Position numbers and translations under genes: made by a program. The notes below the pieces were generated by a model. That model made no database searches and was not told where the DNA came from. It was given only the letters and a program-made list of their open reading frames with translations. A stretch of DNA of 64,000 bases from Candidatus Pacearchaeota archaeon (lineage in GTDB: Archaea; Nanobdellota; Nanobdellia; Pacearchaeales; UBA284), in assembly GCA_026395795.1 (NCBI GenBank), contig JAPLYB010000040.1, positions 5,464-69,463 of the forward strand, written 5' to 3'. Positions 19,501 to 29,272 of the stretch are shown here, piece by piece. Within the stretch, counting starts at the first letter, position 1. Each line of letters begins with the position of its first letter.

Positions 19501-20618
19501 CCCATACAAACTTGTTGTCTGTAATCTGCACAAGGTTCAACATAATCCTTTCCATACAAACAATAGTGTCTCCAATCTCTCGAGCCCATAGGGGCGGTCC
19601 CATTCTCTATATTCCACCGTGTATCATAAACACACCATGCTTCTCCATTTTGTGCTGTTTCTTCATCAGTTTCGTCTGGTGGAAAAATAATCTCCCCCCC
19701 AACTTCCAGGTTTTTATAAGTTGTATTACAAACTCCAGTCTCACATTTATTCGTTGAAATATCACAAAAGCCACCACATCTTTGTGCTGGCTCTTCATCA
19801 ATATAAATATTATTGCAGGTATCTACAAAATACTTATCTGGAAATCCATCGATGCATTTTCCTTTTTCTCTTGGAAGTTTGGTACAATCACATTGAGGAA
19901 CATTGTCATAACACTTTTTATCTGCAAAAAAAGTTCCTAGCCTAGACTCTTTACATTCCTGTCTTGTTATATACTCACAACCAGCAAAGCTTTTACAACA
20001 TCCTAATCTTTCCTTTTCCATAATACTCAAACAATCAAGTTCATTTGTTGTGCCTTGATCCCACACACCACCTTTTAAAAAACAAGTGAAGTTGGTAGCC
20101 ATAAATGATTGCATTCCCTTTATGCAACAAGCCTTACCGCATAATGATATAGAAGTGCAAGTAGCGTCATTTGGAATAAAACTTCCTGTTGCGCATCCTT
20201 CTTGAAAAGTATTTTGTATGCATAATCCTTGAGTATTGATGCAACATCCTAAAGAACACGATTGATTTCTCTGCCAGCAAGGAGGACTAATTTGTCCAGG
20301 ATTCTCGCATTCAGTAACATTGCATTCGTCTAACATAGTTGGTTGATATCTTGCTCCTGTTTTTGTTGTTGGACAGCATCCAAAGTCGCTATCAGCAGAA
20401 ACACTTGGAATCAGATTAAAGGGATTAAAGAATGAAACAACATCTTTCAATGTAGAAGATATAAAGTCAACAGAACTATTCTGTTTTATCTCTCCATTAA
20501 TTATTTCTGGTTGTATTGCTGTAAAAACAACAGGCATTGTTACGACAAGCACAGTCATAAACATTGCGATAAATGCTTCTGACTTGCTTATTCCTGTTTT
20601 ATTCTTTCTAATATTCAT
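16560..20618 (-). CDS. Giant Cys-rich exported protein with internal Gly/Ala hydrophobic region and C-terminal Ig-like repeats
   Basis: N-terminal signal; GCC repeats; central multi-helix hydrophobic block; repeated C.W...Y / YI.C.D.AGN units; paralog of 21510-24809. Confidence 0.85.
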   Translation of the reverse strand: MNIRKNKTGISKSEAFIAMFMTVLVVTMPVVFTAIQPEIINGEIKQNSSVDFISSTLKDVVSFFNPFNLIPSVSADSDFGCCPTTKTGARYQPTMLDECNVTECENPGQISPPCWQRNQSCSLGCCINTQGLCIQNTFQEGCATGSFIPNDATCTSISLCGKACCIKGMQSFMATNFTCFLKGGVWDQGTTNELDCLSIMEKERLGCCKSFAGCEYITRQECKESRLGTFFADKKCYDNVPQCDCTKLPREKGKCIDGFPDKYFVDTCNNIYIDEEPAQRCGGFCDISTNKCETGVCNTTYKNLEVGGEIIFPPDETDEETAQNGEAWCVYDTRWNIENGTAPMGSRDWRHYCLYGKDYVEPCADYRQQVCMGNSDGSGQLGYSVCVDNSWASCSNISTKEDCNSNTFCYWWDEVRDYKDSKGNLFLNVTTSLSEINNWVVFGTTKEGMPIKPICLPRYPPGLDEGTNGFDNKEEICGNLGSYICQYKQSFWGADTFNSECLSDEFYTYMAHRCKSLGDCGTWFNYNKKNTSGFSVIEFDKKPDENSTNQTRGKKDLGLPEAYGKYLGYVESSWNEPSIKEATGWGKFGRYVGWFATTMGASFAGYLALTAVLAGATKLSHVGKILFSPAAVASTAGTTFQQGAVIGAGTALTVGSTIASGSLATGTQIISGTVKQGVVMFNNQLFEAAANNPLVIKQLATGGFEIAGGNVGSVGMQTAGIVTVNSPYAVVNEAVVGINAKVAGEGAATIATKATAVGMSKAAQLAGIVMGSLMVAAGIVMIILAFTGNRGPGFEQGSLIASGMSMIASGGYTIIMFAAGAAPVFWVVLGITVLVTAITALIYYASYDEKYYEVQCNPSLPPAGNEDCELCNNDANRPCSKYRCESLGQACMFVDSVNVSGTSYSVADGRCVAQQNTGKAPWITIVEARNVQNNEVVYLNSSLGTTPTTILIDMSNGTGKGIPDYTQLMIKINLSEDAVCKWDIQLTANFSDMDFPYESTVLRKELRQQFPIHQSIPYVYVRCANAYGNTNIAAYTFIFNVTAGPDLTPPVVTATDREYYNKFAFNVTQVPLTIYVNENSSCRWAKEDQEYGIMNNVTQCQSNLTLGGWKCQTNLTELISEPSGIVNPIYIRCNDTAGNEMQQSYLLKLFASPELKISSINPENGTQISGCNVSATVPLMVSTSDGSDSGNATCYWSTKGFNEGMKKFSITYANTHSTNAVIEDIPVRGTVTIYIKCVDTAFNNALAQINLDVYEDHDTPEIIRLYKEGNDLVLKTNEEAICSYHYSFGKKINTCIFAANKTLESEKFETTGSFEHRTSWDDKPWYVKCYDTCGNGVGKETDCTVIIPKGLD

Positions 20619-20636
20619 TTTTAATTTTTTTAAGTT

Positions 20637-21416
20637 TTACATTATTCCTGGAGGTATCACCCCTCCTCTAACAGCAAACACAAAAACATGTGATGGATTT
20701 TCTCTTTCTTTCAAAGTAAATATCTTTGTGTCATCACTCGTCCTAAACTTCTCAATATCAACCCAATAATGTCCTAACATATAAGACAATGGATCAAAAT
20801 CTTTTTTATTAAGTTCTTCATCAATAATTTCCTGGCTCAACATCACAAAATCATAAAGCGGCCAGTCCAAAGCAGAATTAACTTTTTCAAAAGTTTTCTT
20901 TTCTTCACCTTTTACCATCGTTATCTTACAATCAATAGGAATAGAGATTTTTCCTTGAATCAGCTCAACAGAAAAATTAGATGCGTCACAGGAGTTTATA
21001 TCATATCCTTTATTTCTTGCATTTTCAACAAAACCATGGACACATCTTGTGACAGTATTCGTTCTTTGTAATTCTCCTTTTATAACACTCTCTATCTTCT
21101 CTTTCAACATTGGTTCTTGATTAACACAAGCTGCATAATACTGAGAAGTATAACAAAGATATCTTCTGCACACACCCTGATAAAAAATACAATTGCTTTG
21201 TTCAAGATAACCGCTTTGATTAGATATCTTTTCAACAAAAGGTTCTAGAACATCTTTTACACAACTGGAAACATAAGCGTCTGGAATAAGTGAATCAACA
21301 GCAGAAATATTTTGGTTTGTCAATTTTGGAATAAAGATTATAGCCAAAATAACAATCGCAATTACTGCAATTGCAATAATAATAAATAAAGTCGCCTGAC
21401 CTCTTTTGCTTCGCAT
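20637..21416 (-). CDS. Pilin-like protein with class III (prepilin) signal peptide
   Basis: MRSKRG|QATLFIIIAIAVI; body YVSSCV...QSGY...C.NQEPML...FVFAV. Confidence 0.8.
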   Translation of the reverse strand: MRSKRGQATLFIIIAIAVIAIVILAIIFIPKLTNQNISAVDSLIPDAYVSSCVKDVLEPFVEKISNQSGYLEQSNCIFYQGVCRRYLCYTSQYYAACVNQEPMLKEKIESVIKGELQRTNTVTRCVHGFVENARNKGYDINSCDASNFSVELIQGKISIPIDCKITMVKGEEKKTFEKVNSALDWPLYDFVMLSQEIIDEELNKKDFDPLSYMLGHYWVDIEKFRTSDDTKIFTLKERENPSHVFVFAVRGGVIPPGIM

Positions 21417-21509
21417 AATAATCCATGTTTTTCGGCTTTTTAAATTTTATAGTTTAAAAGGCATATTATCATAAAACTATCAAAATAAAAATCAGCTAAG
21501 AGTCTATAT

Positions 21510-24500
21510 TTAACCAAGGTTTTGTGGAACAATAACTGTACAATCGTCATCAGGAGCTGCTCCATTTCCACAAGTATCATAACACTTAACATACCATGGC
21601 TTGTCTCTCCATGAAGTTACATGTTCTAATCCATCTGACGTTCCAAAAGGTTCTGCTCTGCGAATATCAGTAGCATTGAATTTGCATGAGTTTGTATTCT
21701 TATTAAAAGAACATAATGCATTACCATTTGTTTTAATAACAAGTTCACCGCCCTGTTGATAGAATCTGATTATTTCTGGGGCAGAATTATCCTCTTTTAC
21801 ATTGAATGCGGTGCTATTCCACACTTTGCTGCCTGTTGAATCTTCGCATGAGACATTGACATGATTTTCTCCAACAGAAACTTGAACTTTAGTTAAGTGT
21901 GTATTCGAGCCTGTTTCATCAAATTCTTTCCATCTAGTGCTTAAATCACTCTTCCAATAACATGTAGCAGCCCCTTCGTCACTTCCCCCGCTTGTTGTAA
22001 CATTGACTGTTATGTTATCATTCACATTGTCTGCACAAGCTTCGATTGTCAACCCGCTTACAGGTTCAACAGAATCTATGAGCAAGGTTGAAGGATAAAA
22101 TATTATAACATAAGACACAGGATTCACATTCCCAGCACTATCATTGCATTTTAGATAGAATATATTGGCCATCTCTCCTTTCAATGTCAAGTTTGTATAA
22201 CCATAATACAAAACTTCATCTGGTCCGCCAGTGGTTTCATTAACAATAAATTCATTAGTCATGGATTCATAAGGCAGATCACCAGGAGCAGACCATCTGC
22301 ATGTTGCATTTTCATCTAAGTAAACATAGAATGTCAAATTGCTTTCTCCGATTCCCATTGATAAATAGGACGCATTATCAGGAGAGGTCGCATTTAAGAA
22401 AGGAGGGAATCTATTGCTTCCCATTTCGAATTTCTTGATAGTAAAACGAATTTCTTGATCTGGTTGCATTCGATTAGTAGGTATAGCCTTATCTTGACAA
22501 GAATAAGTCAGAACTTCGTGAACATCATTCTCTATTGGAGCGTAACTTAATGTTTTTATGTGTTCTTTTGTGTATCGATTATCTGCCAACCAATATTGAG
22601 GATCAGTTAAATCAGGAGATGTTCCATCATCTGTGTAAGCGCATTGTGCGTCTTCACTCATTGTTAGATTTATTACAATTCTTTCAAAGTTTTCTACATC
22701 TACTCCATCTTCACAAGGAAGGTCTCTAATCCTTACATTCCCTTGTCCATCAATGATATCTTTAGTACATTCAATAACATATGGTGGAATTGGATCATTA
22801 ACAGTTCCATAGGTGCATTCAGCGATCTCGTCAAATACACAACCCTGCCCAAGTGCTTCACATCTAGGTTGGTTACATGGTCTAAAAGGATCTTCATTAC
22901 ATAAATGACAATCTGCTCCTCCCGCTGGTCTAACCCAAGAATCACAATAGAATGAATATAAAGAAACCCTGGCTGCTGTGCCTGCATTAGGGTCATGTGC
23001 ATTAATATATGGACTATTGAGCTCTGGATCATTAAAAAATTCAACACCAATCAACTTCCCAGGAAATCCAGAACCAGCTGTTTCTCTTTGATCTTTTTTT
23101 AATCTTGCACCAACAGAGCTTCTTGTCCCAGCCCAAGTATCATAAGCACCGCAACTTCCAAGTTGTCTGCATCTTTTAGCCATTGCAGTGCTCCATATAG
23201 CCTCTCTATCTAATGAATTTATACAACCTGGATTATTTGCACTTCCTTTAGAATTATCTGCTGGTTCGCACCCTGTATCTGAATTAGAGGTTATATGGGA
23301 GTTTCCTTCAAAGAATATTGAGGATATAGAATCTGGATCAGAATTCAATCCCCAAATAAGCGGGGCTTCAGCACCAAAACGATAACTATAAGTTAATTCA
23401 CTTTCCACACTTGAAGTCCACATGGAACCACCAAGATAGCATCGTGAGTGTTCTCCTTCAAGACAATGCCAAGCATCCCAACCCCATCCTGTTTCAGAAT
23501 AAGTAGCTAATCGGTCCTTTACAGCACTTCCATATTCAATTGTTCCAACAGAACAGTCTTGACCCGATCCATCTTCAGAATTCAAGGGAAATCTAGGCAA
23601 ACAAACATTGTTCGCGAATCCCCTTATATCTGTAAGCCAATTCCATTCAGCATTTTTATCATAAGAAGGATATAAAAAATCTTTTTCTGCTTGTAAAACT
23701 CTAAACTCAGTAAAGTTGTCAATCCACATGCAAAGAGGATTTGTAGTACAACTTAGTTTGTCAGTTAGTTTAGTGCAGTCTTCTGTAATAATATTGGGTA
23801 TTTCTGTAGCTCTCTTCCCATCCATCACACACATCGTGCTTCCATCTGATTTTAAAGGGAATATTTCAACAATATTATTTGGCCCACAAACATAAGAGAA
23901 ATCACTCCATCCAACTCCTGGTTTTTCTTCTTCATAAAGGACTTTAGAGATATTATAATCATATCCACACCAGGAGTCACTAAGGTTATATTGAATTTGT
24001 TTTCCACTATTTCTGCTATCATCATACAAACAACTAGCAAATTTGCAAGATGCATCATTCCCTTTCTGGCTGCAAGCATAACCATCACTGCATTGCATGT
24101 ACTCATCTTCTTGATTTCCGCAAGAATCAAACCAATAAACCTTGCTGGAATTATCTCCGCATCCTTTTCTAAAATGCTCTGAACATTTTGATGAACATCC
24201 GCCTTCTGTCACATTCGAACAAAATTTGCCCAAATGGAATTGTCCATCGTTGCTATTACAAGATTCTCTTGTTGTGTATGAACATTTGTCTTCACGATCA
24301 ATTACACAGCATCCTTTCTCACCCGAATTAAAAAAATCTTGACAAACATCTGGATCACTTGTATAAAATATTTCTGGGATAAATCCGTGCGATTCTGCTC
24401 CTTTTTCACATCCAATCTTAGAAGTTATATCCCATCCGTTATTCAATCCAGGATAAATACAACAAACCTTTTGACAGTTGGTTGCAGTGCACATTGCATC

Positions 24501-24809
24501 ATTTAAAAATTCTCCATTGCATAATTTCTTGGGAGTATTATAAGAACATCCATCATCTGTTACGCAGCATCCCTTTTTACAATTAGCAATATTATCACAA
24601 GAAGTTGGACTGAATGGCCCTGGAACACACGCACTCTCTAAACTCTCGATACAGATAGCTCCACTAAGGTTCTCACAACACCCATACGGTGTCGCGCTGC
24701 TGCGCGACCCAGAGAGCAAAAATGAAAAGATAAAAAGTAATGATACTGCAAATATCAATTTTCCTAAACTCTTTTTTTTGTTTGATAAGTTGGATTTCAT
24801 TTTAAACAT
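21510..24809 (-). CDS. Giant Cys-rich exported protein, paralog of 16560-20618
   Basis: Shares WC.YD, CLPR.P, MA.RC..LG.CG, DC.LCN.D..RPC and W.DKPWYVKCYDTCGNG; start at 24809 overlaps the upstream stop codon. Confidence 0.85.
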   Translation of the reverse strand: MFKMKSNLSNKKKSLGKLIFAVSLLFIFSFLLSGSRSSATPYGCCENLSGAICIESLESACVPGPFSPTSCDNIANCKKGCCVTDDGCSYNTPKKLCNGEFLNDAMCTATNCQKVCCIYPGLNNGWDITSKIGCEKGAESHGFIPEIFYTSDPDVCQDFFNSGEKGCCVIDREDKCSYTTRESCNSNDGQFHLGKFCSNVTEGGCSSKCSEHFRKGCGDNSSKVYWFDSCGNQEDEYMQCSDGYACSQKGNDASCKFASCLYDDSRNSGKQIQYNLSDSWCGYDYNISKVLYEEEKPGVGWSDFSYVCGPNNIVEIFPLKSDGSTMCVMDGKRATEIPNIITEDCTKLTDKLSCTTNPLCMWIDNFTEFRVLQAEKDFLYPSYDKNAEWNWLTDIRGFANNVCLPRFPLNSEDGSGQDCSVGTIEYGSAVKDRLATYSETGWGWDAWHCLEGEHSRCYLGGSMWTSSVESELTYSYRFGAEAPLIWGLNSDPDSISSIFFEGNSHITSNSDTGCEPADNSKGSANNPGCINSLDREAIWSTAMAKRCRQLGSCGAYDTWAGTRSSVGARLKKDQRETAGSGFPGKLIGVEFFNDPELNSPYINAHDPNAGTAARVSLYSFYCDSWVRPAGGADCHLCNEDPFRPCNQPRCEALGQGCVFDEIAECTYGTVNDPIPPYVIECTKDIIDGQGNVRIRDLPCEDGVDVENFERIVINLTMSEDAQCAYTDDGTSPDLTDPQYWLADNRYTKEHIKTLSYAPIENDVHEVLTYSCQDKAIPTNRMQPDQEIRFTIKKFEMGSNRFPPFLNATSPDNASYLSMGIGESNLTFYVYLDENATCRWSAPGDLPYESMTNEFIVNETTGGPDEVLYYGYTNLTLKGEMANIFYLKCNDSAGNVNPVSYVIIFYPSTLLIDSVEPVSGLTIEACADNVNDNITVNVTTSGGSDEGAATCYWKSDLSTRWKEFDETGSNTHLTKVQVSVGENHVNVSCEDSTGSKVWNSTAFNVKEDNSAPEIIRFYQQGGELVIKTNGNALCSFNKNTNSCKFNATDIRRAEPFGTSDGLEHVTSWRDKPWYVKCYDTCGNGAAPDDDCTVIVPQNLG

Positions 24810-25581
24810 ATTTTGGATTTTTAATAGCAAATAAAAATTCGTTATCACTTGGATCATTGATATAAGTTATATTGTACACTCTGATTCCTAAAGTTGGTGT
24901 TCGAGAATTTAGTAAGATATCATCATGAGTACTCGCGTACTGTATTGCAAAATTAACTCCGTTTCCAACAATTTCTTCGTTCACCACGTCTTTAGCGAGC
25001 ATAACCTGTCCATAAAGGTTAGAATCAATTGAAATATCAAAGTCGTTAAAATTTAAGTTTTCATCTTCTTTAGTAACAATCTTTATTGGACAAGTAATAT
25101 CAATTGTAACACTTTCTGGCTTAAGCGCAACACCCAACAACAACGTTCCGCATGTAGTAACAATATCTCCTTTGTTTTCAGTTTGTAATTTAAAAGAATT
25201 AATACAAGACCTTGTAATGGAATCAACCTTGACCAACAATTGATTTTCAATGTCTTCTTTTAACATTGGTTTCTGATTAACACAATCATCGGTTTCATTT
25301 TCGCTGTAACAAAGAAATTGAAGATTATTCCCATACCATGTGTAATAAGGCGATGGGTCAAGATATCCCCCTTGTTTAGAAAGTTTACTTAAAATAGGCA
25401 ATACCTCGTCTGTGACACAACTAGAAATATAAGCCCCTGGATTTAATGTAGACGTTTGTGGAGTTGTTGGTCTGCTTATTCTTGGAACGAGAAAGATGGC
25501 AAGAAGCACAACAGCAACTATAACTATTCCAATAATAATAAACAGGGTTACTTGTCCTTTCTTATTGCCTCTTTTGTACAT
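24802..25581 (-). CDS. Pilin-like protein with class III signal peptide, paralog of 20637-21416
   Basis: NKKG|QVTLFIIIGIVIV; YISSCV, KQGGY, CVNQKPML, FLFAI; likely start ATG 25581. Confidence 0.8.
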   Translation of the reverse strand: MYKRGNKKGQVTLFIIIGIVIVAVVLLAIFLVPRISRPTTPQTSTLNPGAYISSCVTDEVLPILSKLSKQGGYLDPSPYYTWYGNNLQFLCYSENETDDCVNQKPMLKEDIENQLLVKVDSITRSCINSFKLQTENKGDIVTTCGTLLLGVALKPESVTIDITCPIKIVTKEDENLNFNDFDISIDSNLYGQVMLAKDVVNEEIVGNGVNFAIQYASTHDDILLNSRTPTLGIRVYNITYINDPSDNEFLFAIKNPKYV

Positions 25582-25699
25582 TTTAATTGAAAGATACTTC
25601 ATATAATCTATAATTTTGGTATTTAAAAAAGTTATTGAACACAGATTTTGAGGATAAGTTCTCAAAAAGATTTTTAAATACATCTTACATAAAGAAAAC

Positions 25700-28132
25700 A
25701 TGGAAAAGAGGATCCAGAAATTAAGATTGACCTTTCTAATAACGGTTTTTACTATATTTACTATTGTATTACTATTTAATGATGTGATAGCAGTAGAACA
25801 ATCTCAACTAGATAGATCATATAACTTTTTAAAAAATAGGTGCGTGGGAAAATGGGCTAGTATTGGTCTAGACGCCCACATATTTTGTTTAGAAGCATTA
25901 GAAGAAAAATTAACCTCAAGACAGGTAAATGCCTCAGTATTTAACTTAAATGCTAAAAGTTATAACAGCACCTGTTGGCCAGGTCCGTCAGAAGGTGTTT
26001 GCAATGTTTTAGAAACAGCAAGAGCCAAGATGGTATTGTATGAAACAGGATATGCAGATAACATGGATTCTATTGATGAATGGATCATTAATCATACATC
26101 AGCCTACAATGGTGTTGATTGGCGTTTACAAATTTCTTCTTCAACAAACGCAGTGAACTGTTTGATTAGGTATGACAGCATGGAAGGTGAATCAGAAGGG
26201 GAGTTTATGATTAATTCCCAAGGGATAATCGAAAGTATGACCGATAATATGAAAAGTTGTTTTTATAACATAACATTAACTCCATACTGGTTAGGATTAA
26301 AAAATATTTCTAGTTGTTTAAACCAAACATTTGAATTAAGTTGTGATGAAGACGTAAACGCAAATTTCTTTTTCATGAAAGGATCAAAATATTATATTAC
26401 AAGTGATTTGATTATTCCATACAAAATAGGAGATCCATTTAACATGACTCTTTCTAGTAGATGCGCTGGGAAAGATGGGCAGTGTAATTATGAATCTACT
26501 CTATGGGCAGCGTATTCATTCTATAGAACAAATCAACAAGAGAAAGCTAAATCCTTTATTCCATACTTAGTTATGCTAGAAGAAGAAAATCAAGCATTAA
26601 TGCCTTCTGCATTTCTTTATGCAATAACACAACAAGAAAATTATGCAGAAGATATCTCTGCTTTACAAGATAGTACGGGATTGATAATTGTTCCAGGTTC
26701 AACACATTGCAAGTATTACAACAACGGGCTTTCTAGAATAACCGGGGCTGCAAAAGAACCAGGCACGAACACAACAAAGATGGAAAATAGATTATTCTCA
26801 AATCTAGAACAAAAAACAGAAGGAAGTTATCGTTACTGGTCCTGCACTTCAGAACCGAATGACCAGATAGAAGATACCTCATTAATTCTTCTAGGAACAT
26901 CCTCCTCTTCTCAACAACCACCAACAGACCCTTGCCTTTCAGCAGGTTTAGGTTTTAGTTGTGTAGCAAATTGTACTACCGCTGGAGGTTCTCGCATAAT
27001 GTTCTGTAATGATGGTAGTGAGTGTTGCAATTTAACAACAAGCAATTATGAGTGTACTTCAAGATCTGGAAGTTGCAAACCAACATGTTATTCAAATGAG
27101 ACTCAAACATCTTACAATTGTGAAGCAGGAACAATTTGTTGTAAACAGATAGGAATTTCTCTTTGTGTTTCAGAAATTCATGGACAGATTTGTTCATCTA
27201 GTTCAGATTGCATAAACAATTTAACAGGAGCAATTATCCCATTCATTACATCAGCAGATAGTGCTTATTGCTGTAAAGGCAACTGTTCTTCTGGGAATGG
27301 ACAAAGACAATCCTGCGCTTCTCTTTATGGAACAATCTGTAATCCATCAACAAGTTCATGTCAAGACAATTGGCTTTCAGCAATTGAACCAAATTGTTGC
27401 CGTTTAGGTTTCTGTGTTGCAGGACAATTGACCTGTGCACAACAAGGAGGCACAAGATGTGCTTCTGGAGAAGGATGTAAAGATGGCACATTAGTAATAG
27501 CTTCTGATACAAACAATCAAGCAACATGTTGTATTCAAGGAGGAAGATGTATTTCTCAATCATGTACAGGCGCATCTTGTGAAGAAGGAGAAGCATGTTA
27601 TGGTGGAACAATGAAAGAAACATTAGATGTCATAAGATGCTGTGAAGGAGGAAACTGCTTAAAAACATGTAATGGTTATGGTGGAAATCCTTGTGGTTCA
27701 GACCTTGTTTGCAAAGGAACAAAGAAACCATCAAGTGATTTTGCAAACTGCTGTGTTGGAACTTGTGAAAAGAAAACCTTCCCATGGTTGATTGTAATAA
27801 TTATCGCAGCAGTTGTACTTGGAATACTAGCATTCTTCTTATTAAGAAAAAAAGGTGGAAAAGAGAAAAAAGAAAGTGATTCAGAATTAATGTATGGCTT
27901 CCCGCCAGCATCCAGCCCATCACCTTCAGCTATTCCCGCATCATACTCTCAGCCATCACTTCCTAAACAACGAGCTCCAGCATCTCCATCTGTTCCAATG
28001 GCGCCAAGAGCAATGTCAAGATCTCAACCTTCTCAATCTTCAGCTAAGAAAAGACCAACAAAAGCAAAGACATCTCGAGAGAATGATCTCGACGATACAT
28101 TAGAAAAACTCAAAAAGATGAGCGGTCAATAA
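25700..28132 (+). CDS. Membrane-anchored surface protein: helical N-terminal region, Cys-rich repeats, C-terminal TM, Pro/Ser-rich tail
   Basis: Signal peptide; many C...GG.C...CC units; TM WLIVIIIAAVVLGILAFFLL followed by RKK. Confidence 0.8.
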   Translation: MEKRIQKLRLTFLITVFTIFTIVLLFNDVIAVEQSQLDRSYNFLKNRCVGKWASIGLDAHIFCLEALEEKLTSRQVNASVFNLNAKSYNSTCWPGPSEGVCNVLETARAKMVLYETGYADNMDSIDEWIINHTSAYNGVDWRLQISSSTNAVNCLIRYDSMEGESEGEFMINSQGIIESMTDNMKSCFYNITLTPYWLGLKNISSCLNQTFELSCDEDVNANFFFMKGSKYYITSDLIIPYKIGDPFNMTLSSRCAGKDGQCNYESTLWAAYSFYRTNQQEKAKSFIPYLVMLEEENQALMPSAFLYAITQQENYAEDISALQDSTGLIIVPGSTHCKYYNNGLSRITGAAKEPGTNTTKMENRLFSNLEQKTEGSYRYWSCTSEPNDQIEDTSLILLGTSSSSQQPPTDPCLSAGLGFSCVANCTTAGGSRIMFCNDGSECCNLTTSNYECTSRSGSCKPTCYSNETQTSYNCEAGTICCKQIGISLCVSEIHGQICSSSSDCINNLTGAIIPFITSADSAYCCKGNCSSGNGQRQSCASLYGTICNPSTSSCQDNWLSAIEPNCCRLGFCVAGQLTCAQQGGTRCASGEGCKDGTLVIASDTNNQATCCIQGGRCISQSCTGASCEEGEACYGGTMKETLDVIRCCEGGNCLKTCNGYGGNPCGSDLVCKGTKKPSSDFANCCVGTCEKKTFPWLIVIIIAAVVLGILAFFLLRKKGGKEKKESDSELMYGFPPASSPSPSAIPASYSQPSLPKQRAPASPSVPMAPRAMSRSQPSQSSAKKRPTKAKTSRENDLDDTLEKLKKMSGQ

Positions 28133-28219
28133 AGAATTCTGAAAATTATAAAATTAGAGGATTGTTCATACCCAAGAGGTGTATTAAATTTTTAATGGGG
28201 GCTGTTTTATATTAATATA

Positions 28220-28657
28220 TCACTTAATTTCGCATATCTTTCTTAATTTAGAATACATCACATTCAAAAAATTTAAGACTTTTTTTGCGTATTCTTCTGT
28301 AAGCATCGTTCCATAATATTTTATTCCATTCCTATAATATCTTACCTCATCTAGAAAGCGTATTTCAAATTCAGAAAACCCTAAATTTTCTAGATAGGAA
28401 ACTTCTGCTTCATGTGAATTCCCTGCATTGTAACCATCTAAAAACATTTTTGCCCTTATAAGTTCAAGAATAACGTCATAGCAAGAATCAACAACAAAAT
28501 TTGAGCTCATTTTTTCTTGAGTAATTGTTTTGAGTGTGACCTCCAAAAATTCTTTCTTTTTATCAGCTTCTTTTACCAAACTTTTTGCCCTTGCCTTATT
28601 GGGCATTTGTTTTTTTACAATTCCATCTTTTAGTAATTCATCAAAATTTTTTATCAT
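28220..28657 (-). CDS. HEPN-domain protein (putative toxin)
   Basis: A.SL...A, CYDVILELIRA, SHEA, R..RN.I.YYG; overlaps the MNT stop (ATGA). Confidence 0.75.
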   Translation of the reverse strand: MIKNFDELLKDGIVKKQMPNKARAKSLVKEADKKKEFLEVTLKTITQEKMSSNFVVDSCYDVILELIRAKMFLDGYNAGNSHEAEVSYLENLGFSEFEIRFLDEVRYYRNGIKYYGTMLTEEYAKKVLNFLNVMYSKLRKICEIK

Positions 28658-29202
28658 AGTTCAATTGCTCCTTTAAGTGTGATTCCACTTAAAATATTCT
28701 CCTTTAAATTCTTTATGATGGTTTTGAACGAATCATAATAATTTAAAATAATCTCTCTTCCTAATAACTCCTCAAAATTTTTTAGATTAACCTTTTTTTC
28801 TTTTGCACCAATAATGGCTATATCTACATCAGAGTTTATAGTATCTTCTCCAAAAGCATAAGATCCAAATAAGATTATGGTTGCGGAATGAAAATTATCA
28901 TAAAAAAATTGCACGAGTCCTGATTCATATATCTGTTTAAAATTGTCTGCTCTTTTTAACCAAATTATACGCTGACTATCTCTGTTTAATTCTATTAGCC
29001 ATCTCTTAGACTCTTTATCTTTTTTTATTTTTAAGAAATTCTCTTTTTCAAGTAAAGGTAATGCCTTTGCTACTGCTGGTGGCGACACTTTCAAAGCCCG
29101 AGCTATGTCTCTAGCATTTAGAGATTTTCCCGCTTTAATGAAAAACAATCTCAAAATCTGTTGTTGAAGGATTGTTAACTTAGGTTTATATGTGTAAATC
29201 AT
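28654..29202 (-). CDS. HTH + minimal nucleotidyltransferase (MNT) antitoxin
   Basis: N-terminal wHTH; LFGSYAFGED..NSDVDIAI. Confidence 0.88.
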   Translation of the reverse strand: MIYTYKPKLTILQQQILRLFFIKAGKSLNARDIARALKVSPPAVAKALPLLEKENFLKIKKDKESKRWLIELNRDSQRIIWLKRADNFKQIYESGLVQFFYDNFHSATIILFGSYAFGEDTINSDVDIAIIGAKEKKVNLKNFEELLGREIILNYYDSFKTIIKNLKENILSGITLKGAIEL

Positions 29203-29219
29203 AATTTATACATATAAAC
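29184..29219. promoter_or_regulatory. Inverted-repeat operator overlapping the HTH-MNT start codon
   Basis: GTTTATATGTGTAAAT-cata-ATTTATACATATAAAC; 16-bp arms, 1 mismatch. Confidence 0.65.
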
Positions 29220-29272
29220 TTTAGTTTATAAATCTTTTGTATTTCTTCTTATTCCCTTTCTTAAATTCGGAT

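Noticed and set aside
16560-24809. Diversity-generating retroelement targets
   Set aside because: No reverse transcriptase; the shared C-terminal similarity is paralogy, not an adenine-specific TR/VR pair
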